A stretch of 64,000 bases of DNA from Camelus ferus (GCF_009834535.1 NC_045699.1:56792001-56856000), one strand, 5' to 3'. Shown: positions 28,416 to 43,000, counted from the stretch's first letter. Translations and numbers: made by a program. The notes: generated by a model from the sequence alone, not told the origin.

Positions 28416-29594
28416 AAATTAGATACAATTAGAAATGAATAAATATAGAATGAATAAACTGGAATTAAACTTGAACTATTTCAATATTCCTTAATGTTCT
28501 TCTGCTCCAAAAACAATCAAATACTTTACACTGCCTATGATGTCTACTAGAAGCCAGAGATTAGTCTTTAATTACAGAGTGCAAATGTTACGCTGTATAT
28601 GTGTCCACTTTACATTCTCCTATTATGAAAGAGAACAAATTTATCATAGACAAGATTATGTTATATTGATTCTTTCAAAGAATCTCAGTGCTCCTTATAA
28701 AAATGAGGATTCTTTCCAGTTCTGAAGCTGTTCTGTTAATTCAAAGGGAAATGAAAATGTGTACAGAAGAGAAAAAAAAAAAAAAACCCAAAACCAAAAC
28801 AAAACCCCAAAGCCTTGTGTACATGGCACTGTGTAGAATTTTGTTATCTTTTAAAACTCCCCTTTCTCCTAGGTATTAATACTGCCAAATTAGAGATGAA
28901 AAAACTGAAGTTCATTATACTTGAAAAAAATTAATTGTATAATAACCAATTATGAAGGGCTCATCAGTGTATGCTATTTTCCCAGAGACAGTACTGTGAC
29001 ACTGTATCTGTTTTATCATCAATATAAATTTCAAGGGAGAAATAAGAAACAAATATATTGAATAACTTTGGCTTTCATTCAAATATAACTTTGAGAGGTG
29101 GAAAAAATAAAGGAATGCTGTTTCTGCTGTGAAAAAAAAAAAGCCACTGGGTCTAATGCCTGTTGAGGTTGTATATCTGTGAAATATGATTTGAAAAGCT
29201 ATGTAGATTTGAGGTAATATAGTGTTATAGCTGAAATCATGGCGAAGCAGCAGCGTTCCTTAAGGTTTGAGTTAATACTTGAAAGCATTTAGAACAGTGC
29301 TGGACACACAGCAGGGACTCAGTCAGTGTTTGGAGTTGTTGAGCATCTTTTATGTACAGGGTGCCCATTGCAGCCATGGAGGGCTGTCACTGTGGTTGAA
29401 GAGTAGCACCCTTTCCTGTTGACGAGCAGCATCTGCTGGTCATCCAAGATGATGCAGGATCCCATATTTACAAGGGTCTGGTCCAGTCTGCAAACCCAAA
29501 AACTATATAGAGCATCATCAGTGGGTCCTCCTCAAAAGCACACTTATAAACAAGCAGGATGAAATGGGAGTCTTCACTTTTAACAAGAATGTTC

Positions 29595-29600
29595 TTTATT
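29595..29600 (-). terminator. POLE3: POLE3 poly(A) signal AATAAA
   Basis: TTTATT on the plus strand about 1.4 kb past the stop, followed on the minus strand by a U/GU-rich tract. Confidence 0.65.
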
Positions 29601-31006
29601 TATACAAAGCATTATAATTTTCTCAATATTCTTCACTCATTTATCACAAACTTTTCACTGTATCCATTTATCAAATTAACAGTGTCAAACTACACTTCAC
29701 TACCTGTCAACCTCCGAGCACTCTACTTAGAGACAAACAAAAAAGTGCTTGAAGCACCAAATGGAAAGAGAAGAAAAGGAAGAAAGGTCAACAGAGATAC
29801 TTCAGAAGCAGTTAAAGAGGATGGTTTTGGGGGAGGAATTAAGATTCTTGAGCACCATCAGATTTCCCTTATGGTTCAGAGGTTTACAAAATCATTTTTT
29901 AAAAAGATGAGATTAGAACTAGGGAATTGGAGAAACCTATACTTTGGGATATTAAACAGGTCATCAAAGTTTGTGGACAGCAAGAAGTGAGAAAAAGGAC
30001 AGAAAGTGGGAATGGGGAGCAGAGGAGAGGCTTAACAGAGACAGGAGGTAAGAAGCACAGAGGGACAAAGCTGTGCCTAGAAGAAATAAAGTTTGGAACC
30101 TGTCATGAATTGAAGGAATGAAAAGCCATAGTCACAGGTCTGAGAGATGGAGTACAAGAAGAGAAAGCCTGGAATTTTATACCTTCCAGGAGGTGATGGC
30201 AAATCCTGAAGCTGTACAATGGCAGGCAGTGAGGTGCATTTAAGACTAACCGATCTGTTTTGTAAGAGTAAGACACTGGCACACCCTGGCTTGACTCATT
30301 CTACTCTACACTGCTGATTTAAAAGCATTATGTGCCCAGAATGTAGCCACCCAAGCAGGTTACATGCCTATAGGCAATATAGAAGAGCTCCAAGCCAAAT
30401 GAGTGTGTAGAAACCAAAATTCAATTAATGTTACTGCCAAGTGAAGAGACAACAGAACAGATTTCATTGTTCTCCAACACCCTTTTAGTAGTTTCCTAAA
30501 GCTAAGCCATCTGATCACTTGTAATAAGCTAGTATTGCCAAATACTGTACAAACAGGCTGACCATGATCAAAACCCCAATTTTTCCTGAGCCTTGACTGC
30601 CTCTGTGATCTGGGAACACAGTAGGTAGTATGGAAGTTATTATTACTTTTTTAGGGGGTGGTGTGGGGTGGGGCAGGTGGGTGGGAGGGAACTAGGGGTC
30701 AAAAACTGCCTAACTATATATGTAAGTAAACAAGAGAGAACAAATCGACCAATTAAATTAGCCATTCAGAATCACTCTTGCCAAAAAGTCATAACCTTCA
30801 GACTGATTAAGCAAAACAGGGTTCTGCTACTCAGATGCTCTGAGTCTGGGAAGTGCTGGTTTTGATGATGATTCTAGTCAGTTTTTATTTCGTTCTTCTC
30901 AGGCTCTTCTGCCTAAGACTACTCTGCCCAGCAGGAAAAAGCTTCACACAAACGTGTACCACGTTTCAAAGTGGTACCTTCCAAGGTGCCAGTCTCTGCA
31001 TCCTCT

Positions 31007-32164
31007 TCAGTTGTCTACTTCCTCTTCTTCATTCTGTTCTTCTTCTTCCAGCCTTTCCTCATCTTCATCATTGTCCTCATCCCTGCTCTTGTCTTGCTCT
31101 TCTGAGTCTGTTTTTTTGTCTTTGTCTTTCTTCTTTTGCTCTGAAGCTTCCTTCTTGCCTTTCTGCTCCCTCCTGTATGCTGTAAGGATGAAGGAGGGGG
31201 TTAGGAGGCAAGGCTGAACCAGACTGCAGCAGTTAACTCTGTTGCATAACTGGAAAAGTTGAGGCACAGAAGGAAAAATAACCTGCCCAGCCATCAGAAA
31301 ACAGATATGAGGTATGCTACCTAAGTCCTATCCAATACTTGTTTACTGGACTCAAAGGGATCAAAGCTGATAAAGACTCAGGGCCAGGTAAGCAGGTCAC
31401 ACACGATGAACATCTACTTGGTTAGGAAAATGAAAGGGTAGTTACCTTCCAGAGCTTCTTTTAACGGGGTAATGAACCGCTGAAACTCCATCTCCTCCAT
31501 GGCTGAGAGGACATCACTGGCATTCAGTGTCTTGCGTTTCCCTTTCATCGCGAAGTTATTGGCACTGAAAGATTAAGGGCTGTCAGACCCCCTCTTGCGG
31601 CATATGGAGTGGGTGGGAAAAGGAGCATCCAGAGGTGGAATGGGTAAGCCTACGTCTTAGATGCATGCATTTTTGTGACACGGTGGGTCCCTCCCTTTCC
31701 TGTACAAGAGTTAAGACAAAGTTATTCTGTTGTTTTATTTCGTTTCACAGCTTGTAGGAACTGGATGAGGACTGTGAACCCCCATCCATTGAGGTAGAAC
31801 ATAATTATTGGGATTTTGGGGGCTCCATTCCACGAACTCCGAACCAGGGGGTCTCTGCGCCTCCCTTAAGCCTCAACCCCAGCTAAACTCTGGCCAGCTC
31901 TGCCCGCCTCACCAGGATGTGGCGTACAGCACGAAGACGCTGGCGGCGCGGGAGATGGCGCTCCGGGCCTCCTTGGAGATGTTGACACCGTCAGGGAGCT
32001 GTGAGAAGAGCGGGGGTGAGCAAAGCTACTGGCCCAGGGCCTGTTTCCCCCTGCCCGCTCGTCCGCCCCTAGCCCATCCGTCAGCCGGAGCTGCTTACCG
32101 CCTCCTTGATGATCCTGGTGATGACGGCATTGGGCAGGTTTAGATCCTCGGGCCTCTCCGCCAT
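31007..32164 (-). CDS. POLE3: DNA polymerase epsilon subunit 3 (CHRAC17), 147 aa, histone-fold protein with acidic tail
   Basis: Coding exons (minus): 32099-32164, 31913-31998, 31446-31564, 31007-31179, totalling 444 nt, all GT-AG. Protein: [98 protein letters not shown]...EEEEVDN. Confidence 0.98.
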
Positions 32165-32970
32165 TGCCACCGCCGGGGCCCGCGCCTCCGGCCTCCTCTT
32201 CAGGCAGCTACAGCGTCCGGACTTCCCGCGTAGCCACGGTTTGACCCAACGAGGCTTCCGTCCCGCTCCGCGTAGCCCACGCTGTATCCCACAGTGCCCC
32301 GCGCGCCATAGCTTCGCTCCTCCCCTCCAGCCCCGCCTCCGCTTCCAGTCGCCGGTGCGTCCGAACTTTCCACGCCGCTATGATTTTGCCCCAAGGGGCT
32401 TCCATCTGACGCCACCGGCACCCGGCGTCCCTTCTCAGGCTACTTTCCCTGCTTCACGCCACCACCACTTCTGGAAATTTCTCAACAAGTTAAGTATGGC
32501 TCACTGGGGCTTCCGTCCTTTCCCCACAGTGCTCTGCGCTGCTGCCTGGAGACGGCGCAGCCTGGAGGCTACCGTGGGACACGAAGGCGTGGACTGAGCG
32601 GCGGGGCGGGGCCACCTCCGACGGGAGGTGGGGCCCTTTGCCCTCCTCACCCAGCCTTGAGGTGCGGCGCTTTTCCCAGTGGGCTTCGGACTTCTTGCCG
32701 TTTTCGGTTCCTCTTAGCCCTCTGAGGTCGGATTCTCTCTTCCCTGTTCCGGAACGAAGCGGGGATTCTTTTTTTTTTTAACTCTGCAGGTGCTGATGTT
32801 CACCCTTAATCTTTTCACCCCTCCCAATTTTGTAATAATGGTATTAAGGATAACTGTTACCTAAAAAAATTTTAACGAGAACCACTTTGCCAGTATAGTG
32901 GTAGGGATGGCGACACAGACAGAGTTGGGTATGACTGGACCTCGGGGCTCAGTTCGGGCTGGTCAGGTAA
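31900..32970. promoter_or_regulatory. Bidirectional CpG-island promoter shared by POLE3 (-) and C9orf43 (+)
   Basis: CpG-dense region with several CTTCC/GGAAG ETS-like cores (about 32221, 32254, 32341, 32510, 32747) and GC boxes at about 32600-32612. Candidate C9orf43 exon 1 donor CAG|GTAACA at 32966/32967. Confidence 0.75.
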
Positions 32971-34836
32971 CAAAAGATCAGTAAGCAGCCTGTTGTAAGA
33001 ATAACATTCGCACTCAAAAACAAACCCTGTTAAAGTTGGATTTATTTTTCAGTTCTTCGAATTGTTCATCATGCATCTTTTCGAGTCTAAAACATCAGCA
33101 TGGTTTTGCAGTGGCTTTTTAAGTTGTATCATTTTCATTATTTCATACGTAGAAATTGTCCTTACTTCTACTGAGCAGAAATGCTGCTTTTTTTCTTGAA
33201 ACTTGCTGTCTCAGGTCACCCTTAATTTCCCTGTTTTTTGATAGAGACATGAGTACAGAGAAATATTTCCTTATTATGAAAAAAGCAACAGCAAATGTGT
33301 TGATAAATGGCAACCGAAACTGTTTCGGCTAGAGGTTATAGAGTTTGGTGGGGGAACTCTCCATTTGGATAGAATATATTTGGTTTGAAGTTGTCAGGTG
33401 GTTCTCTGTTCCAGCCAGTTGCTGTCTAGTTGGGATTGGGCCCCCTGTCTTAGATATTTAAGAGAAGCCGGAAATCTGGACGTTATGGACTATTTCCATT
33501 TTTAAATAATGGCTCAAAAGTGAAGGCCAGACAAAGCAAGTCATAGGCCAGGTGCAGTCCCAGGCCAATAGTTTGCTATCTTAGATTTAAATTATAAGCT
33601 CTTTAGAACAGGGGCTTACTTTGTTCATTCTTGTTCTCAATGCCCCTAACAGATCCCCTCACATATTTGGTAGTCAATAAATGTGTTGAGTAAAAGAAAG
33701 AAGAAATGGCCACTTACCTTAAAAAGTTATTAGGGATCAGGTAGTAGTGATTGCCTAAAACATTTCTAGAGAGAGAAGGATGACATTTATTGAGCACCTG
33801 TTATACATCATACAAAAAGTGCATTATCCCATTTAATGCTTCTACAATCCTACTGAAAAATTTCCCCATCCCCTACTTTATGTAAGGAAAGAGACTGAGG
33901 AAAGTGAAGTCACTTACTCCAGACCATATAGCCAGTGAGTGAAAAGCCAGTGGCTTCTGATGCAACTGTGAGTCGACCGATTTGCTGTTTGAGCAAACCC
34001 ATTCGTTTCTGTTGGGTATTTTAGCTGCCTGTATGAGAACTGGAGTGTGTTAAAAGGGGAAGCACGTCTTCCAGATGTTTGAACCATCTAAAGCACTTCG
34101 GTGACTTCCCTCAGTATCTGTAGGGGATTGATTCCAGGAGCCCCTAAGTTTTCGAAAATCTGCGTATTCTTAAGTCCCATGTACATTAGTTGTAATTTGA
34201 TAAGGCTTTTTGGAGATGATGGCATCTCCTTCCTAATGATTAATGAAGAGGAAAAGGCAAGGATGCTAATATTTATTTTGAACTATATGCCAGACCTTTT
34301 AATATCCATTAAGTAAATTTTATGATGACCCTGTTGTGAAATAGGCTTATCCTCATTTTACAGATGAGGAACTGAAGCTCAAATTGGCTAAGTCTCAGGT
34401 CACTCAGGTATTAATTAAATTAGAAGAACTTCTGAAATCAGTCTGCACCCAGACTGTTGTCATTCTATGCTGAGATTTTTTTCACCCAATTCTTAATTAT
34501 CCTGTGACCACGATTTATCTGTGTGGTTCAATAGAAATATTTTGTGCTTGCCTCTTGGGGAGTGATAGAAATGTTAGCTCTCTTGATTGTGGTGGTCATT
34601 TCATTGGTGTACACATCTATCAAAATTCATCAAATTGTACATTTGAAATATGTGTAGTTTAGTGTACAAGAGTCATACCACAATAAAGGTGTTTAAAAAA
34701 TATTTTGTGTGGAAGTCCAAATTAATATCTGGACTCCATGGCTAATATATAATAATACTCCCTAATTATGTGGTGATGTTTCTCCAGAGGGCTAGAGAGC
34801 TGCAAGATTGGCTTTTGTCCTGAACTACTTGTAGCT

Positions 34837-37800
34837 ATGGACTTGCCAGATGAAAGCCAGTGGGACGAAACTACCTGTGGCCTAGCTGTTTGTCAGCATC
34901 CACAATGCTGGGCAACTATTCTCCGGATTGAGAGGGGCCATCCTCGAATTCTGGGCTCCTCCTGCAAGTCTCCTCTGAATGCTGAAGGTGAGTTAGCCAG
35001 CCCTGTCTCCTTCCTTACAAGATCTTTGAATTGTTTCTTTGGCTCCCTTTTGACATGTTACGTGTTTTCTTCTGGTCTGGTCTTTCAGACAGACTCCCAG
35101 TGCTCACCCTTGTAAACATCGCAGATTCCTGCTTCCAGGCCAGGAGACTTGCCCATCATCATTTATCAGAATTTACCTTCACCAAGCCTCACTCTTTATT
35201 GCCTCAAGGTTCAAAGTTTGGCTCCGAATTTCAAGGCAGGTAAATTATCATGGAGTCTTCCTTAACGGGCTTACTACCTCAAAATTCTCTGTTAACTTCC
35301 TTTGCCCATGCAGCAGACTTTGAGAAAGCTAGATTAAAAATAAAACATCAGTTTAGTTAAAGCAGTGATGAATAGGCAATGGGAAATAATAAGAAAGCAT
35401 TCTTACTTGTGTTGTAGAAGTTGGTTAAAATGAGGGGTGTGTTAGTTTTCTAAGGTTACCATAACAAGGTGCTACAGACTGTTCAGCTTAAACAACAGAA
35501 ATGTGTTTTCTTATGGTTCTAGAGGCTAGAAGTCCAAGATTAGGTGTTGGCAGAGTTGTTTTCTTCTGAACCCTCTCTCCTTGGCTTGTTGGTGGNNNNN
35601 NNNNNNNNNNNNNNNNNNNNNNNNNNNNNNNNNNNNNNNNNNNNNNNNNNNNNNNNNNNNNNNNNNNNNNNNNNNNNNNNNNNNNNNNNNNNNNNNNNNN
35701 NNNNNNNNNNNNNNNNNNNNNNNNNNNNNNNNNNNNNNNNNNNNNNNNNNNNNNNNNNNNNNNNNNGAGGTCCTAGGGGCTTAGGACTTCAATATAAGAA
35801 TTTGGGGAGGCAGAGTTCAGCCCTTAACAGGGAGTAGCTTCTGTAGGTCATTAGAAAACTGTGTCAATATGCAGTCCTTCTTCTCTTTTACTTTTAGGTA
35901 TTAAATTATTTCTAAGCTCTCAAAGGCAGAAGCAATGGTTTCTTTTAGAATCGCCTACAAAGCCTAGGCGCCCAGTTTGTGCTTATTGATGTTGGAAGCT
36001 AAGGGGGAGGTGTCTGTGGAAAATTTAGACCTAAAATTCAAATACCCCGTTGCCTGGAATCAAAGCACTAGTGACGGCACTTATGGTGATTTCTTTTCTT
36101 CTGTTCAGTTTACGCAGCCCTTGATGATTTCTGTAAGGGTAAAAGTAGTATAGGAAAGGATAGGACTACTTTCTGGTTTTCTGGGACTTGAACCCTGAGA
36201 AAATAGTGGCTTTTTGCAGTCAGGGCCTGTCAAGGCAAAGCATGACATCATTTGTTTAGTCACTTACTGAATTCACAAATAAATCTTAGTGGGGGCCACT
36301 TTGCTGTGTGCTGGGGACACAACAGTAAATAAGATGCCTCTAAGGGGCTTTCAGCCTAGTTGAGGAGGCAAAGAACCATTCAGTGTGATGTGTATGGAGA
36401 GAGGAATGCCCCCTTGTTATGTGGAAGCACCCAGGAAGGGCTTCTGACCCAGGGCACTGTCTTTTGTGCAGGTAGCATCTGTGCCTAGACCTGAAATCAG
36501 AGCAGCCTAGTAAAGTGGGAGTTGCACGTGGAAAGTGGACAGGAAGAGAGTTCTAGACTACAGCACGTGCAAAGTCTTGGAGGCAAGTGGAAATTCTTTA
36601 GGTACAAGGAAAGTAATTTCATGTAAGTTCATTGTGTGTAGAACATAGAGCAGGAATAGGTCAGAGAGGAGGCTAGGGAGCTGGAGTAAAAAGCACAGGC
36701 CTGTATCATGGAGGCCTTCATAAATTAGGCCAACAAGTTGGGTCTTTATCTTACAGCTCTTTGCAACCTTCATTCATTATACATTTATTTAAAAAAAACA
36801 AATAAAATAGCAAGTGATATGAAAATGTAAAGGGTTGATGCTCTCTTTCTATTATGGTAAATATACATAACATAAAATTGACTATTTTAACTATTTTTAA
36901 GTATACAGTTCAGCACCATCAAGTATATTCACAATGTTGTGCAGCCATCGCCACAATCCTTTTCTAGGACTTTTTCATCATCTCAAATAGAAACTCTATC
37001 CATTAAGTAATAAATCCCCATTCCCCCCTCCCTCTAGCCCCTGGTAACCTCAGTTCTATTTTTTTGTGTCTGTGTNNNNNNNNNNNNNNNNNNNNNNNNN
37101 NNNNNNNNNNNNNNNNNNNNNNNNNNNNNNNNNNNNNNNNNNNNNNNNNNNNNNNNNNNNNNNNNNNNNNNNNNNNNNNNNNNNNNNNNNNNNNNNNNNN
37201 NNNNNNNNNNNNNNNNNNNNNNNNNNNNNNNNNNNNNNNNNNNNNNNNNNNATTTAACATGTTTTTGAACATCTATATCAAAGGTACTTAATACATTTTA
37301 ATTGATGGTGACGTAGCCATCTGTAGTTGGAGAGAGAGAGACACATAGGCTCTTCAGTTTGATGCAACAAATAGTTGTGAAGTGTTTGTAGTGTACAGTG
37401 TTTGGCTGGAAGCTGTTCTAGGGAAAACAAAGAGACACAACTTAAGGAGATGGTGAGACCGTACATTCATTTGGTAAGTATTAAGCCGAGGGTTTTCTGT
37501 AGATAAGTAGGAGGCTTTTCCTCATAGTACCAACTTTATCGTCCCAGTAAGTCTTTTGTGACTCTGTTTCATGTTTGGAAACTCTTATTTTTTAGGCCTT
37601 GGAAGGATTTACCCAACAAAGACTTGATAAACCGTACTAATAGATCTCCCAAAGTAAGTCACAGGTTAAAAAGAGTACTTCCTCAGCATTTTCTCTTTAC
37701 TAGTGGGAATAAATTATTTGCTTTTATTAAACATTCAGGATGACTATAATCTATCTATAAGGCTATTGGTCATGATGATGATAACTGTCTAATATTGGAC

Positions 37801-40003
37801 CCTTATTACATGCTAGGCTCTGTGTTAGTGCCTTTACATACTATACTGTTCCCAGAAATCCCAGACGCAGTGGGATTGATTTGTGGCAGTTTGGTGTAGG
37901 TAAGAATTTCCTGTCTTTATCCTGCATAGAGCATGCTCAGCTACTAAGTAAACACTGTCATCTCACAATACAGGGAAATTAGAATGCCAGAATATCAGCT
38001 CTAAAATGAGCCTTAAGTCCATCTACTCTGATGACTTTGCAACTTTTAAAACTATGACCTATGGTAAGAGATACATTTTACAACAAAATATCATGAAACA
38101 ATTCTTACTCTAACTATGAGTGATATACTCTGATATTTTCTATCCTATTCTATTGTATTCTATTTCATTTTTAAACAGTATAGTCTACAATTCACAAAAT
38201 TTGATTTCATGCCCTATGAATAAGTTGCAGCTTCAGTCTGAAGAACGTTGCTGGTCTGTCTCATACATCTCACAGTTGAGGAAACTGAGGTCCAGACAGG
38301 ATGTGATTTGCTAAAACACATAGCTAGTTAGAGGCAGAGCTAAATTAGAATTTAGGAAGAAAATCCCTTCTACTTGTCTACGATAGGGATTTACTATTCT
38401 TTGCCATCCTACTGGATGCCTGTGGTGGAGAGTTTAAGGGACTAAGAGAGGGTAGATGGGTTTGAATGGATGAATGAACAAATCACTTACCTCTTTGACC
38501 TTTAAGAACAAGAAGGTTAGATTAAGTTAACCTTAATTTTAAATTAATTTTAAATTAATTGTTTGACTAGATAATACATGCACATGGTTCTAAACTCAAA
38601 AAGTTCTAAACTCAAAAAGCATAAAAGCTTAAAAGGGTTTATAGTGCAAAAAAAGTCTTCCCTATCTCCCCCAAGCCAATCAGTTCCTTTTCATGGGGAC
38701 AGCCTAGTTTTTAATAGATTTTCCCCCTGCCTGAATCCTACCAGCGAAGTGGACTAGATGATTATAAGATTTCTGTGAGCACCTGTGTTCTAGTATCCAA
38801 ATGTGAAAAGAGGTATGACTTTAACTTTTATGTAGGTGCCTATGATCATAGACAGGCTATAAAAGTAGAGAACTTGCTTCTGCCTCTGTCAGTTCCCTCC
38901 CTGCTCCCAAATTGTATTGTATTATCTGTAGGGAATCTAAGTCTTTGGAGTGGAGTGGCAGAATGAGTAGTGTACTCTTAGGTAAGCTCCAAGGTATCCT
39001 CCTATGGATGGGGTTGGGGGTTGCTAAATGCCACCCTAATGTCAGGGAGGCAGGGGAGATTAGCCACTCGCCAGTGCTCACTCTTGCAGAGTACCTTTAT
39101 TGACACCTGGTTTCTTGGGGGAATGTTATGAAGATATTTTGAAGGTGGGAAATGTCTTTCTGTCATCTTCTAAGCCACCATACTTTTTTGGTTAGCAAGA
39201 TAATTCAGTCCTTAGTCTGGTAATGAATACCATCAGTGGGTACCTTCAAGCCATACATAGGCTTTATATCTTTATCTTAGCTGTCAGTGCTGAATTTGAA
39301 TGAGACACAACTTCCCAGTGCTCAAGATGTTAGAAATATGGTTGTAATCTGGATCCCAGAAGAACCAGAGAAGCATGTGGGGTGAGTATCATGTCTAGAA
39401 CTTGAGAGTCTTCAACTCCTGTGTTCTGCAAATGCCTGCTGTCCTTTGCAGGCCCTCTTTTTGTCATCTCCTTTTTAGCCACCTCATTGCAGGAAACAGG
39501 AGGTCAAACAGAGAAGGTTATGGTCTCTTGCATTTGCCTCTTGCTACATTGGAATTCTTGTTAAAGCACTTTGAGATTCATGTGTTGGGACTTTTCTACA
39601 TCAAATTCTACCTAGCAGTAAAGAGCATACCAGATAGGGCCCAATGTATTTGTGAGGTTTGATTAAGAAACAGATGCTTTTTGACTATCAGTTTTTCTTA
39701 GCCATCAGCAACTAGTAAAAAAAGTTTTCAGTAAAGTGCGTGAATCTTTGGTCTCAACCCTAGGACTAGTACAAGATGAATAGCATAAAGAACTTCTGTG
39801 CAAAGCTGGTGTGACAAAGTTGATTTGGTAAAGGCCCCAATGCTTGCTAATATTGACAACCATTGCAAGAAAGTGGTTTTTCTTTTGTGACTGTTGAGGC
39901 TTTCAGATTCTTGTTGAGTGACTGTTCAGAGATGATGAGACTTTCTTTTTAATTTCCTTTCAAAGTCATGTGAAGTCTTCTTTATGTATGCATTTTTGTG
40001 TGA

Positions 40004-40049
<46 letters not shown>

Positions 40050-43000
40050 TTTTTGTATGAACAAAAAACTCCTAAGCTTTATTTCCTTTTGTGTAAAAGA
40101 AGCCCAGAGGTAGGTAGGTCACAGCTAGTATGTCAGCTCTGTGAGATAATCAGAAACCAGAGCTCCTTCTAGCTTTTTGGGCCATCATCCTTAGCCCATG
40201 GCTTCCATCTTCTGATGTGCTTCATGGGAGCTTTTAAGGTCTAAGTTGATTGCTGGAGCTCCAGCCATCATATCCATGTTCTAGACAAGAAGGAGGAGGA
40301 AAATGACAGAGCTAAAAATATTTGAGCACCTCTTTGCTAAGCAATGAGAATTCAGTTGTGAACTAAATAGACTTTGTCCTTGTCCTCCTGGAGTCTTGTG
40401 GTGATGTGATTCAGAAATTATAAACATCACCACATCTAAGTATATAGTTACTAATTTGGATTGATGCCATGAAAGTAAATAACTGGATTGTATGAGAGCG
40501 TGATGGGGAACCTGACTTAGATGTGGGGGTGGTGGAAGGGAGGTTCTTGTTTTTACCAGCCTCTGGGCAGCACGTACCTCTGGGCTCCCAACCAGCCATC
40601 TTTGAGTACTGAATGGAGGATGGAAATTTTCACGGTCATCATTCATAAGTATCCTTGGTGCTTCTGTTTAAGATGTCTGGGAATAAGTTGTGGTTATTCT
40701 TATTTCAAGTCTTGCTGAGAAGAAGCATATTGTTACCAGCCAGGATGGGAGGATGAAAAGAAAGAAATATACAGAGGTAAGTTTGATGCTTTGGCCAAAT
40801 CTTCATGCTATTACTCTGTAGAGTTTATTTTTGTTTTCCTTTCAGATATCTTCTCCCTTCCCTTATTCTGTCTTTAAATGAACAAAATCTGAAAAAGAAA
40901 ACCCTCTTAAGGGATAATTACCAAACCATTTTCTATTCCTTGAAGAGACGTTAGGAGGAACTGTTGGGTATTCAGAGAGAATTCTTGGTTGATTATAAAC
41001 TAATTTTCAGTACGATGAGAATAGAGTATCAATGGACTAGAAGTTATAATGGACCTGTGCTTCTGATTCTACCATTCCTTGGGTAAATATATCCTTGGGT
41101 AAGTCCCAGGGCTGGAAGGTTACTACATTTGGAGCGTAGTGTTTTGGTCCATTTTGTTCATTGCTGAATCCCAAGCCCTAGCCCTGTGCCTGGCACATAG
41201 AAGGCTAGTAAATATTTGTTCAGTTTGCTCGGTGAATAAATTAATAACCTTCTGGAGAAAAAAACAAAACAGAACCACTAATTCCCGTATGGTCTGAATT
41301 CAACAATAGGGTTGAGGAGCCAGATAGGAAAGATGTGGTGGTTCTCATAGTGCAGGGGAGGCGGGGATGCTGGAGTAGGTCTGGAAAGACGGAGCTTCCT
41401 GTACCAGAGTTGTGTTGGGAGGCTGGAATGTTGATGGGAAGAAGTGGCATTGAAGACAGTGCTTCAGGGAGTTCTTTCCATTGTCTCTCTTCCAGAAAGA
41501 CAAGTCAGCTCAGTTCTTCTATGAAAACCAAAACACAGAAACACAGTTGGGACCTCTAAGGACAATTGTGTCTCCTTCCTCCCCAGTACATTTGTTTGAG
41601 CAACCAAGTTCGGAATCCGCACCCTTGTGGAAGCGGTGTGACATGTTACCTCAGGATCTCCTGGAGGAGTAAGTATCACGTAAGCCTGTGGGAGAACCGA
41701 GCATCATGTTTTCCTTAGAAGCTGAGAAGGGTCTAAGCACGTGCTCTTTCTGAGCAGGGAGGGGAGAAAACTGTCACCCTACTTGGTCACTGAGTTCTTA
41801 GACTTATCAATATACAGTGATGACAAGAATCACCACCATTTGTTAAGTACTTCCCGTCTGCCAGGCCCTGTGCTGCATATATTCTCTCACTGAAACCTCC
41901 ACCAGGAGCTAGACACTATTTGCTCTTTTTTTAATAGATGAATTATGGGTAAGTGGAAGGCAGGATGGATGTGTGGTTTGGAGGGAGACAGCCTTTCAAT
42001 TTTGTATTGAAATTTACTGCCTTTGTGAATTTTGGTAATTTTTTTTAGCCTCTTTAATCTTCATTTTCCTTGTTTGCAAAATGAGGATAATACGGCAGGT
42101 TGGGGTGTTGTAAAGATTCATTGGTATAAAGCACATGAGCCTGACATGTGTCAACACTTAACCCTTTCAGCTATGATTATCACAGTTGCATCTGAGAGCC
42201 GTTACTGGGTCAGCGCCTGTTGGTACAGGCCTTCTAAGGCCCGGAGTGGACATTTCTTTAAATTTGGAGCCCTTTTCATCTCTTTTTCCTGAGCTGCATT
42301 CTCCAAGAATTGTTGTTACTGATGGTCTGCTCTTGCTGTTCCCTTCAGCCTCTTACTAGATAAAGGGAAACCCATACCTTATCCAGAGATGAAGACACAT
42401 TTGGCCATGATGAAAAAGAAACCTCCCCTGGAGAAGAGCCACCCCGACAGTGCCATTTCTGCTAAGATGTGTTTAACTGTACACCGCCTCACCCTGCAGG
42501 TGCGAGCTAGGGAACCTCAGAGACAGGTGTCTGCGTGTAAAGCCGAAGTCACCTCTCAAGGCTGGAAGAGTCAACTTTCTGTTTCTTCTTTCTCTTTCAT
42601 CCTTCCACTCTGGATCCAGGCCCCACAGAAGGGCTAGGCTGTACATGTGAAAGTACACGTATGGGGAGAGGTTTCAGGAGAGCAACACTCTCTATTTCTT
42701 CTGCACTTGGCTCCCCACATCTTTTCCCTTCTCCAAAGCCCCTGGTACAGCGCTGCTTGTTGACTAAATGGATAAATGCATTCAGGGATACATTTTGGGA
42801 AAGGGAAAGACCTATAGTAGAGCTTTTCTTCTTTTATTTTTCTCCAGAGACCAGCATTGCGATACCCTGAACATTTGAAGAAATTCAATTGTAATCTGAC
42901 AACAGAAGGTAGGTTTTCTGGTGCTGCCAGAGCTCCAGTTTCCATTTCCCTTCAGCCCACATTTCTTATACTTGATCTTGGTCTCAGTTCAGTTATGTCT

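Noticed and set aside
29559-29990. 143-aa plus-strand ORF
   Set aside because: Antisense to the POLE3 3' UTR, with composition reflecting AT-rich UTR sequence. No homology recognised.
25995-37291. ORFs containing long X runs
   Set aside because: Artefacts of the three N gaps.
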